Assembly (NCBI GenBank): GCA_049642725.1
Contig: JBARPC010000004.1
Coordinates: forward strand, 27,052 to 91,051
Reading direction: 5' to 3'
DNA from: Minisyncoccales bacterium
Lineage (GTDB): Bacteria > Patescibacteriota > Minisyncoccia > Minisyncoccales > JAGMDC01
Length of the DNA stretch: 64,000 nt
Made by a program: the position numbers and the translations under genes. The notes under the pieces are model-generated. The model had not been told where the DNA came from. It saw nothing but the letters and a program-made list of their open reading frames with translations, and searched no databases. Positions 8,601 through 18,334 of this stretch are shown here, piece after piece; the first letter of the stretch is position 1; each line of letters starts with the position of its first letter.

Positions 8601-10124
8601 GGCTCCCCTTACTCTCTTTAATGTCTTCTCTTTCCCTAAAATTTCTGCGACTTCAAATGGCGGCGCAGACGCCTTTTTCCCTGTCAATGCAACCCTCAAT
8701 GGCCATAAGAGTTCTCCCCTATCCCCTGTTCTTTCAGCTTCAATCATTAGAATCTTTTCTAAGTTTTCTTTATTAAAATCTTTCTCTTCTATTTTTGACA
8801 ATATTTCTTCTAATTTGTCAAGGATTTCAAGAACCTGCTTATAATTCATATCTTTCCACTTCAACAAATTTTTATCATATTCTAATTTGTCTTTGAAAAA
8901 GAAATCAGTCAATTCAGCAATTTCTGATAAATATCTTAACCGCTCCTGATATGCCTTAACAACTTTTTTTAAATAATCGCAGCTAATAACTTCGTCTGTT
9001 TCTTTGATTTTAAACTCTGGTTTTTTTTCTTTGAATAATTCAAATTTTTGAGAACTGTTCTCCTTGGGAGAACAGTTCTCTATAGTTGCTGTCACTTGTT
9101 CTATTAAATTAGCTTTTATTAAATATGGAATACACAATTCCGTTATTTTTTTATCTGATTTCTGGCGGATATAAAAGCCGTTTAAATAATCAAGCCGTTT
9201 GACGTTGAAAACAGCACCTCCTTTTTGAATATTGTCTAAGGAAAATTCTTTAATTAAAGAGACAATATTATATATTTCTCTTTCTGTGCCTGGATTCCAG
9301 CCCAAAAAAGCCATAAAATTAATTAAGGTTTCTAGTAAGACACCTTTTTCTCTGTATTCGGAAATAGCGGTTGCTCCATGCCTTTTGCTTAATTTGCTCC
9401 TGTCCGGGCCTAAAATTAAAGGCAAATGAGCGTATTTTGGCTGGGAAAAGCCTAAGGCCTGCTGAATAAGAATTTGTTTTGGGGTATTGGAAATATGATC
9501 TTCTCCTCTAATGACATGGGAAATTTTCATTTCAAAATCATCTACAGCAGCAGCAAAATTATAAAAAGGTTTTTTAAGACCTTTACTAATAATGAAATCA
9601 CCTATTAAGCTTGAGTCAAATTCAATTTTTTCCCTGACTAAATCCTCAAAAACTATTTTTTTTACTGATTCTGGAATTTTAAACCTGATAACAAAAGGTT
9701 TTTTTTCTTTTAAATTCTTTTCAACTTCTTTTTTAGAAAGCTTTCTGCACTTGCCTGAATAAAGAAGCGCTTGACCCACAGAAATTTGATATTGTTTTTG
9801 AGCTTCTAACTCTTCCTCTGTGCAAAAACAATAATATACTTTATTTTCATCTAAGAGTTTTCTAATATATTTTTCATAAATATCTAATCTTTCACTTTGT
9901 TTATAAAATTCATCGCATTTTAATCCAAGCCATTCCAAGCTTTCCATAATGTTTTTTTCATATTCAGGCCTTGATCTTTCTGAATCAGTATCTTCAATTC
10001 TTAAAATAAACTGGCCCTGATTTTGTTTGGCAAAAATATAGTTAAAAAGAGCTGCTCTGGCAGTACCAATATGTAAAAAGCCCGTAGGAGATGGAGCAAT
10101 TCTTGTTCTAACTTTTTCAATCAT
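8583..10124 (-). CDS. gltX: Glutamyl-tRNA synthetase
   Basis: RIAPSPTGFLHIGTARAALFNY (HIGH region) and KLSKR (KMSKS-like). 513 aa, including in-frame palindromic inserts. Confidence 0.9.
   Translation of the reverse strand: MIEKVRTRIAPSPTGFLHIGTARAALFNYIFAKQNQGQFILRIEDTDSERSRPEYEKNIMESLEWLGLKCDEFYKQSERLDIYEKYIRKLLDENKVYYCFCTEEELEAQKQYQISVGQALLYSGKCRKLSKKEVEKNLKEKKPFVIRFKIPESVKKIVFEDLVREKIEFDSSLIGDFIISKGLKKPFYNFAAAVDDFEMKISHVIRGEDHISNTPKQILIQQALGFSQPKYAHLPLILGPDRSKLSKRHGATAISEYREKGVLLETLINFMAFLGWNPGTEREIYNIVSLIKEFSLDNIQKGGAVFNVKRLDYLNGFYIRQKSDKKITELCIPYLIKANLIEQVTATIENCSPKENSSQKFELFKEKKPEFKIKETDEVISCDYLKKVVKAYQERLRYLSEIAELTDFFFKDKLEYDKNLLKWKDMNYKQVLEILDKLEEILSKIEEKDFNKENLEKILMIEAERTGDRGELLWPLRVALTGKKASAPPFEVAEILGKEKTLKRVRGAREQFS
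9050..9081. repeat. REP-like double palindrome (GAGAACTGTTCTCC-ttg-GGAGAACAGTTCTCT) inserted in-frame inside gltX
   Basis: Same composite element as at 8568-8600. It encodes ENCSPKENSSQ within GluRS. Confidence 0.7.
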
Positions 10125-10146
10125 TATATTTTAAAAATTAAAAATT

Positions 10147-11277
10147 TTATTGCTTAAGATATTCAACAATATATTCAGCAATTATATGGGCTGCTTTTGG
10201 CCTTGAGAATTTTTTTGCTTTTTCTGACATTTCTTTCATTATCTGCCTTTGGGCAAATAAGTGTTTTAGTTTTTCTAAAAAGAAATGAGAGGTAAAATTG
10301 GATTCTTCAATAACTATAGAAGCGCCTGTTTCAGCAAAACAGTAAGCGTTTTTTAATTGATGGTTTTGAGCTGATTCTGGCAAAGGAATTAAAATAGATG
10401 GTTTGCCTAAAGCAGCAATTTCAAAAATAGAACCAGAACCTGCCCGAGAAATAATAAAATCAGAAGCGACATAAGCATTTTTCAAAGTTTTTTCATCTAA
10501 TATTGAAAAGATATGGTAATAGCCCTCTAATTCCTTAGGAATAGCTACTTTAGCTTCAGATTGAACTCCTTTGAGATTTTTCAAGCCAACCTGATGAATT
10601 ATTTCAAACTCTCTTAAAAAATCTGGCAAAATTTCTAAAATTTTGTCATTAATTCTTTGAGCTCCTTGAGAACCGCCTAAAACTAAAATGACTGGCTTTA
10701 CCCCGCTTAATTTTAATAGCATTTGCGCTTCTTTTTTATCTCCTTGCAGGATTTCAGTTCTGATAGGATTTCCAATAGAAATTAGTTTTTCTTGCGGAAG
10801 AAATTTAGTTTTTTGAATAGGAAAAGAAACGAAAATTTCTAATGAAAATTTAGTTAAAATCCTATTAGCCAACCCAGCTACAGTATCAGATTCATGCAAG
10901 AAAATAGGTATTCGCAAAAGCCAACTGGAAAAAACTGCTGGGATTGAACCATATCCTCCCTTGCTGAAAATAAGCTCAGGAGCAAGAGCGAAGACATACC
11001 AGAACGACTGGCAGATTCCAATAGGTGTTTTAAATAAAATATCTATTATATTCTGAAAAAAACTTTTTATGCCTATGTATCTTCTGACTTTTCCAGCCAT
11101 TATGGTTTTAATTTTAATTTCTTCTTTAGAAAGTAAAGCAGAGCCAAAATTATCTTTTGGTCCAATATAATGGAAAGTCAATTCCTGATTCTTACAGATT
11201 TTTTTAATTTCTCTGGTGACAGCGATAATTGGATAGATATGGCCTCCAGTGCCGCCGCCTGTGAATAAAATCTTCAT
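10147..11277 (-). CDS. murG: UDP-GlcNAc:undecaprenyl-PP-MurNAc-pentapeptide GlcNAc transferase
   Basis: MKILFTGGGTGGHIYP N-terminal motif and GT28 C-terminal domain. Start chosen at the Met that abuts the ftsW stop. Confidence 0.9.
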   Translation of the reverse strand: MKILFTGGGTGGHIYPIIAVTREIKKICKNQELTFHYIGPKDNFGSALLSKEEIKIKTIMAGKVRRYIGIKSFFQNIIDILFKTPIGICQSFWYVFALAPELIFSKGGYGSIPAVFSSWLLRIPIFLHESDTVAGLANRILTKFSLEIFVSFPIQKTKFLPQEKLISIGNPIRTEILQGDKKEAQMLLKLSGVKPVILVLGGSQGAQRINDKILEILPDFLREFEIIHQVGLKNLKGVQSEAKVAIPKELEGYYHIFSILDEKTLKNAYVASDFIISRAGSGSIFEIAALGKPSILIPLPESAQNHQLKNAYCFAETGASIVIEESNFTSHFFLEKLKHLFAQRQIMKEMSEKAKKFSRPKAAHIIAEYIVEYLKQ

Positions 11278-11281
11278 ATTT

Positions 11282-12415
11282 TTAAATGTTTTTTGATATA
11301 TTAAACAGTAGTCCGACTCCAATCATTTCTGCTAATAGATGCGACCCGCCATAGCTTATAAAAGGCAAAGGAATACCAGTTAAAGGAAAAATACCAATCA
11401 TAGAACTAATGTGAATTAAGGACTGAATAGAAATCCAAGAGCAAATTCCTAAGACTAGAAGCCTGGCAAACTCATCAGAGGTCTTTTTATAAACTTTGTA
11501 TCCCTCCCAAAAGAGAAACAGAAAAAGCAGAATTAGAAACAGGGCTCCAATAAAACCGGTTTCTTCAGCATATATAGAAAAAATTGAATCAGACATTGAT
11601 TGCGGTAAAAATCCGAATTGTTGAAACGACATTCCTAATCCTAAACCAAATATTCCCCCGGAACCAATAGCTATTAACGACTGTTTTATTTGATAGCTTA
11701 TGCCCATAGGATCTATCTCTGGTTTAAAAAGAGCTAAAATTCTGTTAAACCTATAAGGGGCAGTTTTAATTAAAATCATTAAAGCTGATACTCCTGCTAA
11801 AAATATAAAGATACTATGCCAGAAAGGCGTTCCAACAGAAAAATACATTAAAACAGCTGTTATAATAATAATACCTAAAGTGCTAACATCTGGCTGTTTA
11901 ATTAAGAATAAACTGATTAAACCAATAATAATTAAAAAAGGGGTTAATGTTTTGTATATTGTTTCAGTAATCTGTTTTTTGTTCAATTTTTTTGTCCATT
12001 TTATTCTTTCTTTGCTGTTTTTAATTTCAATACTGAAATTACTTAACCAAGCAGATAAGTAAATAATGAAACTAATCTTTAAAAATTCTGATGGCTGAAA
12101 AGAAATAAATCCTAAATCTATCCAGCGAGAGGCTCCCCCTATATTAGAGCCGATTCCGGGCAGGAAAACTAATCCTAAAAATACCAAATTTCCTAAAAGC
12201 AAAGCTAATGACCACTTTTTTATTAAAGCAAGAGGAATTTTATAAGCTAAAAGGCCTAAAATAATTCCAGGTATTAATCCATATTTGATTTGATGAATTA
12301 AATAATAAGTGCTATAGCCAAACTTTTCTTGAGAAATAGGAGCTGAAATACCAGCTAAGACTATAATGCCTAAACCTATTAAAGTAATTATTATTCCCAA
12401 GAGGACATATCTCAT
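11282..12415 (-). CDS. ftsW: SEDS-family peptidoglycan glycosyltransferase (FtsW/RodA)
   Basis: About ten TM segments, SEDS-family conserved segments, position between murG and murD. Confidence 0.85.
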   Translation of the reverse strand: MRYVLLGIIITLIGLGIIVLAGISAPISQEKFGYSTYYLIHQIKYGLIPGIILGLLAYKIPLALIKKWSLALLLGNLVFLGLVFLPGIGSNIGGASRWIDLGFISFQPSEFLKISFIIYLSAWLSNFSIEIKNSKERIKWTKKLNKKQITETIYKTLTPFLIIIGLISLFLIKQPDVSTLGIIIITAVLMYFSVGTPFWHSIFIFLAGVSALMILIKTAPYRFNRILALFKPEIDPMGISYQIKQSLIAIGSGGIFGLGLGMSFQQFGFLPQSMSDSIFSIYAEETGFIGALFLILLFLFLFWEGYKVYKKTSDEFARLLVLGICSWISIQSLIHISSMIGIFPLTGIPLPFISYGGSHLLAEMIGVGLLFNISKNI

Positions 12416-12438
12416 TAATAATATTATAGCACAAATTT

Positions 12439-13779
12439 TTATAATTTTTTAATGTACTTTTTAAATAAATTTCCTCTTTCTTTATAATCTTTAAAAATAC
12501 CAAAACTTGGTGAAGCCGGCGACAATAAACAGATTTTCCCTTTTTCTGTATGTTTATAGGCAAATTTTACCGCTTCTTTCATATTATTCACAAAGAAAGC
12601 TTTAAATCGTTTTTTAGAAGTAATAGAAATCCAAATTTTTTTACCGGTTTCTGGAAATAAAATTAATGTTTTAACTTTACTTCTTGATATTACTTTACCC
12701 AATTCTTTAAAATCCAGTCCCCTGTCATAACCGCCTAAAATTAAGGTTTGAACATTCTTGCCCAAGGAATTCATTGCCTCTATGGCAGTTTGAGGAATAG
12801 TAGAAAGAGAATCATTGTAAAATTTAATTCCTTTATAAATACCTATAAACTCTAATCGATGCGGTAGAAGTTTAAAATTTTTAATCGCTTTGGTGATTTC
12901 TTTTAAAGAAAGCTTAAATATTTTTCCTACCTCTTTGGCTGCAGATACATTTAAGAGGTTAAATTTTCCTTTAATCGGAATTTTTTTTGCCTTTGATTTT
13001 TTAACAATTTCTTTAACGAGTTTATCTTGAGAATTAAAAATTAAGTAGTCATTTTTGGTTTGCCAGTCAGTAATATTTGCTTTGGCCGAAATATATTCTT
13101 TAAAACTTTTATAATAATCAAGGTGTTCTGGATAAATATTTAAGAAAACGGCAATATTAGGGCTTTTTTTGAGATTATATAACTGATGAGATGATAATTC
13201 ATAGACAAAGATATCATCTTTCTTAGATTTAGGCAGAAAAGATAAAACTGGTTGGCCGATATTTCCGATTAAATGAGCTTTTAATTTAGCATCTTTTAGT
13301 ATTTTATAAATTAAAGAAGCAGTGGTGCTTTTTCCTTTTGTGCCAGTAATCCCAATAGTTGTTCCAAGGCAGTTTTTAAAAAATATCTTTGTCTGTGAAG
13401 TTATCTTTCCTTGTTTTAAAGCCATTTCAACCTCTGGTAAGTGGATTGGGACACCTGGTGATTTAACAATAATATCATAGTTTTTTAATGATTTAACATA
13501 ATTTTCTCCTAGATGTAATCTAATTTTCTTATCTTTTTTTATTAAGTTTGAAAATTGAAAAGCAACCCTACGAGGAGTCCCCCGCCTTTTCGCGGAAAGG
13601 GCGGGGTCCAGGAAAATTGAAAATTCTTTTCTGTCGGCCAGTCCCAAAACTTTATTCGGAAATAATCTTCTCAAAAATTTGAAGTTATCTATTCCCTCTC
13701 TACCTAATCCTAAAATTAAGATTTTTTTGGATTTTAATTCCTCTAATTTCATTTTTTTATCATAACTTAAAATCCTCAA
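12439..13779 (-). CDS. murD: UDP-N-acetylmuramoylalanine--D-glutamate ligase
   Basis: [13 protein letters not shown]-terminal motif. Mur ligase P-loop [11 protein letters not shown]. Conserved mur-cluster context. Confidence 0.9.
   Translation of the reverse strand: MRILSYDKKMKLEELKSKKILILGLGREGIDNFKFLRRLFPNKVLGLADRKEFSIFLDPALSAKRRGTPRRVAFQFSNLIKKDKKIRLHLGENYVKSLKNYDIIVKSPGVPIHLPEVEMALKQGKITSQTKIFFKNCLGTTIGITGTKGKSTTASLIYKILKDAKLKAHLIGNIGQPVLSFLPKSKKDDIFVYELSSHQLYNLKKSPNIAVFLNIYPEHLDYYKSFKEYISAKANITDWQTKNDYLIFNSQDKLVKEIVKKSKAKKIPIKGKFNLLNVSAAKEVGKIFKLSLKEITKAIKNFKLLPHRLEFIGIYKGIKFYNDSLSTIPQTAIEAMNSLGKNVQTLILGGYDRGLDFKELGKVISRSKVKTLILFPETGKKIWISITSKKRFKAFFVNNMKEAVKFAYKHTEKGKICLLSPASPSFGIFKDYKERGNLFKKYIKKL
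13568..13613. repeat. GC-rich hairpin insert (GTCCCCCGCC-ttttcgcggaaag-GGCGGGGTCC) in-frame inside murD
   Basis: Sharp local GC spike. Encodes [13 protein letters not shown]. Stem-loop read from the sequence. Confidence 0.45.
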
Positions 13780-13823
13780 AAAGTCAAAAAAAGAGGAACT
13801 ATTACGGTTCCTATTTTGTTATC

Positions 13824-14024
13824 TTATTCTTTGTGTTTTATCCACTCTTTGCCTTTTTCTGTAAACACTGGGAAGCTGATAGAAATTAATGCCGTTACAT
13901 TTTTAGGCACTATCAGATTTTCTCCGTATGCCCAACTTATCACTACAAGGATATTCTCAATTCCATGTTTTTCTGCTAGCAAATTCAGCTTATTCAATAT
14001 CTCTCTTCTTTCTTCTTCTCCCAT
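13824..14024 (-). CDS. Small hypothetical protein (66 aa)
   Basis: Co-oriented with the flanking mur-cluster genes. Charged, protein-like composition. The antisense ORF 13816-14046 is less plausible. Confidence 0.4.
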   Translation of the reverse strand: MGEEERREILNKLNLLAEKHGIENILVVISWAYGENLIVPKNVTALISISFPVFTEKGKEWIKHKE

Positions 14025-14038
14025 TTATATCACCTCTT

Positions 14039-15511
14039 CTATTTAAGATATAACTTTCTTAAAGCTTTGTCAAAATTTTTAGGCAGATTATTCTGCTTAT
14101 TCCAGGAATTTAATATTCTTTTTGATTCTATTTCAATATTTAAATACCTTGGTAATATTCTCTTCTCAAAATAATTTAAGAGAACTGGAAGTTTGAATTT
14201 TTGTGCATATGCATTTTTTTTCAAATTTTTGTTTTCTTTAAATTTTAGATAGCTTAGATAAAAAGCGATTAAACTTTCTTTTTTTGTGCCTACGCATTCA
14301 AACGGTTTTGTTTTACTCTTTCCTATCAACTCCTTCATTATCGGCAGTAATTCTTTTTTTTCAAAAAGATTCTGGCTAAAGATTTTCATTAATTTTTTTT
14401 CTTCAATAAATGGATATAAAATTGTGAAAACAAACAAGCATTTTGAGCATTTCCCGCACCATTTGCCAGTTGATTTTTTGGTTCCAGAAGCAGTTTTATA
14501 GGCCTCATTACAGCTAAGGAAAACCGGGAAATATTTTGGTAATTTAGAGAATAATCTTGCTATTTGGATTTCATACAAAGGCCTTAGAAAACTAAAATAG
14601 TTTATATCTTTAACTAAATATTTTTTGACATAATTTCTATATTTGTTTTCAAATTCAGAACTTTTAGACCATTGATGATTGATTGTTTTGCCAAGATATT
14701 TTATATTGCCTTCATCAGCGCTTTTTTCGCAGGACATTGCTATATTGTTATGGCCGAATAAAACTCCGCAAAAAACAGCTAAATTAGAAATTACTGCTGT
14801 AATTGGCGTATGGCCGTTTAAAAATCCTTTTTGGTTTAATTTTAATAAAGCAGGATCTATCTTTCTTTGGGCAATGATTGGATTTTTAATTTTAGCAATC
14901 TTTAAAATTTTGAAATGCTCTTTTGTAGGATTAACAATAAAACAATTTTTTTCAAATTTTTTGAGCAATTCTAAGGTAACAATTGAATCTTTTCCCTCGC
15001 CCATTGGTATCAAAACATTATCTTTAAGTAAACTCACGATCGTGAACTTACTGTTATTTTTATTTATTTTATTTAGACAACATATTTTTAGAAAATCAGG
15101 TCTTGTAAAGTCAATTTTGTTTTCAAAGAAAAATTGTCCCATTCCGTTAAAGATAAAATCTTTCCACCATTTTATTTGCTGTTTATCTAAATAGCCGGCT
15201 TTTATTTCAATTATTGGGGAGCAAGCCGCTTTCCAATAACTTGGTATTTCCATTAAACCAATGTGAAAAACAAGGCTATTTAATGCACTCCCACCTACTT
15301 TATCCAAGTTTTTTTTATTAACATTTTTTATAATTATTTCCGGTTTAAAACAAATACTACGAGAACTGTTCTCGTAGTGAGAGATTTTAAAATCAAAAGA
15401 AATTTTCAAATCATTTCCAGATATTCCATAAGAATATCCCTGATAAATAAATTTCGGATATTTTTTTCTTAAAACCTCAACATTTTTCATATTATTTTTA
15501 TTATTACTCAA
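14039..15511 (-). CDS. Hypothetical protein with a PP-loop-like GEGKDS motif and a C-terminal CxxC pair; possible ATP-pyrophosphatase/amidotransferase-like enzyme
   Basis: MGEGKDSIVTLELL resembles the SGGxDS PP-loop. CGKCSKC motif. Embedded in the mur cluster. Carries an in-frame REP insert (YENSSRS). Confidence 0.4.
   Translation of the reverse strand: MSNNKNNMKNVEVLRKKYPKFIYQGYSYGISGNDLKISFDFKISHYENSSRSICFKPEIIIKNVNKKNLDKVGGSALNSLVFHIGLMEIPSYWKAACSPIIEIKAGYLDKQQIKWWKDFIFNGMGQFFFENKIDFTRPDFLKICCLNKINKNNSKFTIVSLLKDNVLIPMGEGKDSIVTLELLKKFEKNCFIVNPTKEHFKILKIAKIKNPIIAQRKIDPALLKLNQKGFLNGHTPITAVISNLAVFCGVLFGHNNIAMSCEKSADEGNIKYLGKTINHQWSKSSEFENKYRNYVKKYLVKDINYFSFLRPLYEIQIARLFSKLPKYFPVFLSCNEAYKTASGTKKSTGKWCGKCSKCLFVFTILYPFIEEKKLMKIFSQNLFEKKELLPIMKELIGKSKTKPFECVGTKKESLIAFYLSYLKFKENKNLKKNAYAQKFKLPVLLNYFEKRILPRYLNIEIESKRILNSWNKQNNLPKNFDKALRKLYLK
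15356..15378. repeat. REP palindrome ACTACGAGAACTGTTCTCGTAGT inserted in-frame in the 14039-15511 CDS
   Basis: Perfect 11-bp arms around a central T. Same element as the copies flanking the RAYT gene. Confidence 0.7.
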
Positions 15512-15580
15512 AACCCTTAAAAAAGCAAAAAAATAAGACCTTTTGAAAGTAGGTCTTTTTTTGTCGGTTTGTTTCTGCTT

Positions 15581-16195
15581 TTAGTAAAATGGATCCCAGG
15601 TATTATATACGATTTTTTGAGATGCTACTCTTCCGAAACATACAATAATAATTTCAATTAGAATTAGCAGTCCAAAAACCGTTAACCAATTACCCTTCAC
15701 AAATACTACTGAATCAGTGTTATAGCTTTTTACCTTAAATGCTCTTTCAAGCCAAAAGGAATCTGGTCTTTCTATGTATAGATATGTATCAGTGTAGCTC
15801 ATTATCCCAGCTCTGTTTTCAATGAAAGCATAATAGGTTTTTTCTAAAAGAGTTCCCTCTAAACCCATGGAGTTGAGGTCAGCAGTGTATCTAGTTACTT
15901 CAAAATCAACATATACTGTCTCATTCGGTTCAACTAATTCAATAAATTGGTTAGCGTCTTTACATTTCATCTCCGGCGCGCCTAATCCTCCTGCGCCGCC
16001 TAAACAAATATTTTTCACAAATTTGTTCTCCACATCTTTGATTTCAACGCCTCTCTCAATTTCTGTTTTAATCGGCAGTGTGGCTTCTCTTTCCTCATAT
16101 ACATAAGCTATTGTCACTGGTATTGCTAATATCACAAGAGCAATAACTGCAATCATTACTACCTTAAACTTTGTTTCTTTTTCCATTTTTTTCAC
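15581..16195 (-). CDS. Membrane-anchored hypothetical protein
   Basis: N-terminal and C-terminal TM helices with a predicted extracytoplasmic domain between them. Confidence 0.5.
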   Translation of the reverse strand: MKKMEKETKFKVVMIAVIALVILAIPVTIAYVYEEREATLPIKTEIERGVEIKDVENKFVKNICLGGAGGLGAPEMKCKDANQFIELVEPNETVYVDFEVTRYTADLNSMGLEGTLLEKTYYAFIENRAGIMSYTDTYLYIERPDSFWLERAFKVKSYNTDSVVFVKGNWLTVFGLLILIEIIIVCFGRVASQKIVYNTWDPFY

Positions 16196-16278
16196 CCCCC
16201 TATTCTTTTTTTAATTTGATGAAAATTTTATTTTCATCCTATTCTCTTTCTAATATTTAATTCAATATTTGTCAAGAT

Positions 16279-17340
16279 TTAACCGAGTAAACGGATGGCT
16301 GTGCCGATGATGGCAAGAACAACTCCGATAATCCAGAAACGCATTGTTACTTGATAAGATGGCCATCCCTTTGCTTCAAAGTGATGATGTATCGGCGTGC
16401 AGAGCCAAATTTTCTTTTTCCGAAACTTTTTGGATAAAAGCTGTAATATAACAGAACTTACTTCAATTACTAATACACCTCCAATTATAGGCAAAACGAT
16501 TAGAGAGTTAGTTAAGAAAGCAACAACAGCTAAAGTAGTGGTTAAGCCCAATATTCCTGTTTCTCCCATATAGAATTTAGCCGGTGGAATATTAAACCAT
16601 AAAAATGCAAACAAGGTTCCTGTAATAGCAATACAAAAAGCAGCTAAATCCACTTTGCCTTGGGAAAAAGCAATAATAGCAAAAGCGCCGAAAATAGAAG
16701 CAAAAACTCCGCCAGCCAAGCCGTCAATACCGTCAACCACCCCGCTGCTCCAGCAGGCCAGCATAGTTACAATAAATAAAAGAATATACCAGATTCCTAA
16801 AGAAAAATCGCCCACTAAGGGAATATGCATAGAATCCCAGCCAAGCTTGTAATAGAACCACCAAGCGCCGATTATGCCAATTATAATTACCATTAGCATC
16901 CGTCTTTTAAATGCCATACCGCCGGCAATATATCTTCCTTTTCCGAAAACCTGTAAAATATCATCGGATAGTCCAACCAAGGAAGCAATTACTAATGTAA
17001 ATAAAGGAAGCCATGTTTCTCCACGGGACAAAAAATTCAAAGACTTTAACCACCAAATATCTGATGTTTTACTTATTAAATAAAATAGAAAAATAACTAC
17101 GAGAACAGAGCCCCAAATTATTAAACCTCCTGCCCTAGGCACACTCACTTCCCTGTCCTTATGCAGGCGGTAAAATACTTCAGCTTTATCTCCAGTAATA
17201 GTTTTAGTCCTTGCTTCTTTTTTCCAGAATTTGATTTTGTATAAAAACTTAATCAGGAAAGGCGCTAAAGCAATAGCGATAATTGCCGTAAAAGACGAAA
17301 TAAGAAAAATTTTAATTATACTAAAAATAAATAAAGTCAT
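16279..17340 (-). CDS. mraY: Phospho-N-acetylmuramoyl-pentapeptide transferase
   Basis: GT4 polytopic membrane protein with DGIDGLAGG and HHHFE motifs. Mur-cluster context. Confidence 0.85.
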   Translation of the reverse strand: MTLFIFSIIKIFLISSFTAIIAIALAPFLIKFLYKIKFWKKEARTKTITGDKAEVFYRLHKDREVSVPRAGGLIIWGSVLVVIFLFYLISKTSDIWWLKSLNFLSRGETWLPLFTLVIASLVGLSDDILQVFGKGRYIAGGMAFKRRMLMVIIIGIIGAWWFYYKLGWDSMHIPLVGDFSLGIWYILLFIVTMLACWSSGVVDGIDGLAGGVFASIFGAFAIIAFSQGKVDLAAFCIAITGTLFAFLWFNIPPAKFYMGETGILGLTTTLAVVAFLTNSLIVLPIIGGVLVIEVSSVILQLLSKKFRKKKIWLCTPIHHHFEAKGWPSYQVTMRFWIIGVVLAIIGTAIRLLG

Positions 17341-18310
17341 AGTTTTTTTCCACCCAGTTTATTAATTTTTTCATTTCTTCAAATTTGTCTTCTGAACCCA
17401 AAATAACGTTTATCATACAACCATTTCCTTTTTTTATAACTAAAAGAAGACATCCTTTTGCTTCAGGGGTCCAGCCAGTTTTGCTTCCAATAATTTTTAT
17501 CTGCCATTCAGGATCTAATAAAAGTTCATTTGTGTTTACAGGAATAAAGTGATGTAAAGAACCATCAGCGTTAAAAATCTCATATGAGGACTTGGAGCTT
17601 ATTTCAAAAATTTCAGGATAGTTGTTAAGGATATATTTGGCAAGTTTTACCAAATCTTGGCTTGTAGAATAATGTTCTGTCTCATTTATTCCTGTAGAAT
17701 TAATGAAATTTGTGTTCTCAAGCCCTAATTTTTCAGCCTCAAGGTTCATTAATTCTATAAATCCTTTTTCGCCAATATATTCATCTTGTCCAACAACTTT
17801 TCCTTCAGCTAAAGCATAAGCAGCGTCATTACTTGACTCAATAAGAATAATATGTAAAAGATTCTTTACAGAAAGAACCTCTCCCGGCTTTAAATCGCCT
17901 TTTTCTTCTTCCTGTTTAATGGCCTCTTTAGTGATTATTAATTCCTGTTCAGGTTCATAATTTTTTAATGCTATTAAAGCAGTAATTATTTTAGTCAAAC
18001 TGGCAATAGGCAGCTTTTCAGAAGCGTTTTTTTGGAAGAGAACTTTTTGCCTTTTTTGAGAGCCAATCCAAACTGAAGCTGCTGATTCAGCGCTTATTTC
18101 TAAATTTTCTGATTCTGGCAAAGAATGATTTATTTTCTTAGGTAAAAATTTGTCGGGCTGATATACTTGAGCAGTAAAAATTTCAGGATTATTTTTAGTA
18201 AATTCAAAGAAAAAAGCATTTTCTAAATTGCTTTCTAAAATATTTATTCCCCACCAAAAAGGCAAACTTAACAAAATTGATACTAAAAAAATTTTTAAAC
18301 CTAATTGCAT
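17321..18310 (-). CDS. D-alanyl-D-alanine carboxypeptidase (peptidase S11, PBP5/6-like)
   Basis: Signal peptide, SxxK motif (ASLTKI), SxN (SSN) and KTG motifs. Confidence 0.8.
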   Translation of the reverse strand: MQLGLKIFLVSILLSLPFWWGINILESNLENAFFFEFTKNNPEIFTAQVYQPDKFLPKKINHSLPESENLEISAESAASVWIGSQKRQKVLFQKNASEKLPIASLTKIITALIALKNYEPEQELIITKEAIKQEEEKGDLKPGEVLSVKNLLHIILIESSNDAAYALAEGKVVGQDEYIGEKGFIELMNLEAEKLGLENTNFINSTGINETEHYSTSQDLVKLAKYILNNYPEIFEISSKSSYEIFNADGSLHHFIPVNTNELLLDPEWQIKIIGSKTGWTPEAKGCLLLVIKKGNGCMINVILGSEDKFEEMKKLINWVEKNYDFIYF

Positions 18311-18334
18311 AATTAATTTTCAATGCCGAGTATT

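Noticed and set aside
13816-14046. 76-aa plus-strand ORF between murD and the PP-loop-like gene
   Set aside because: The overlapping minus-strand 66-aa ORF is co-oriented with the operon and looks more protein-like. Only the minus-strand ORF is retained, at low confidence.
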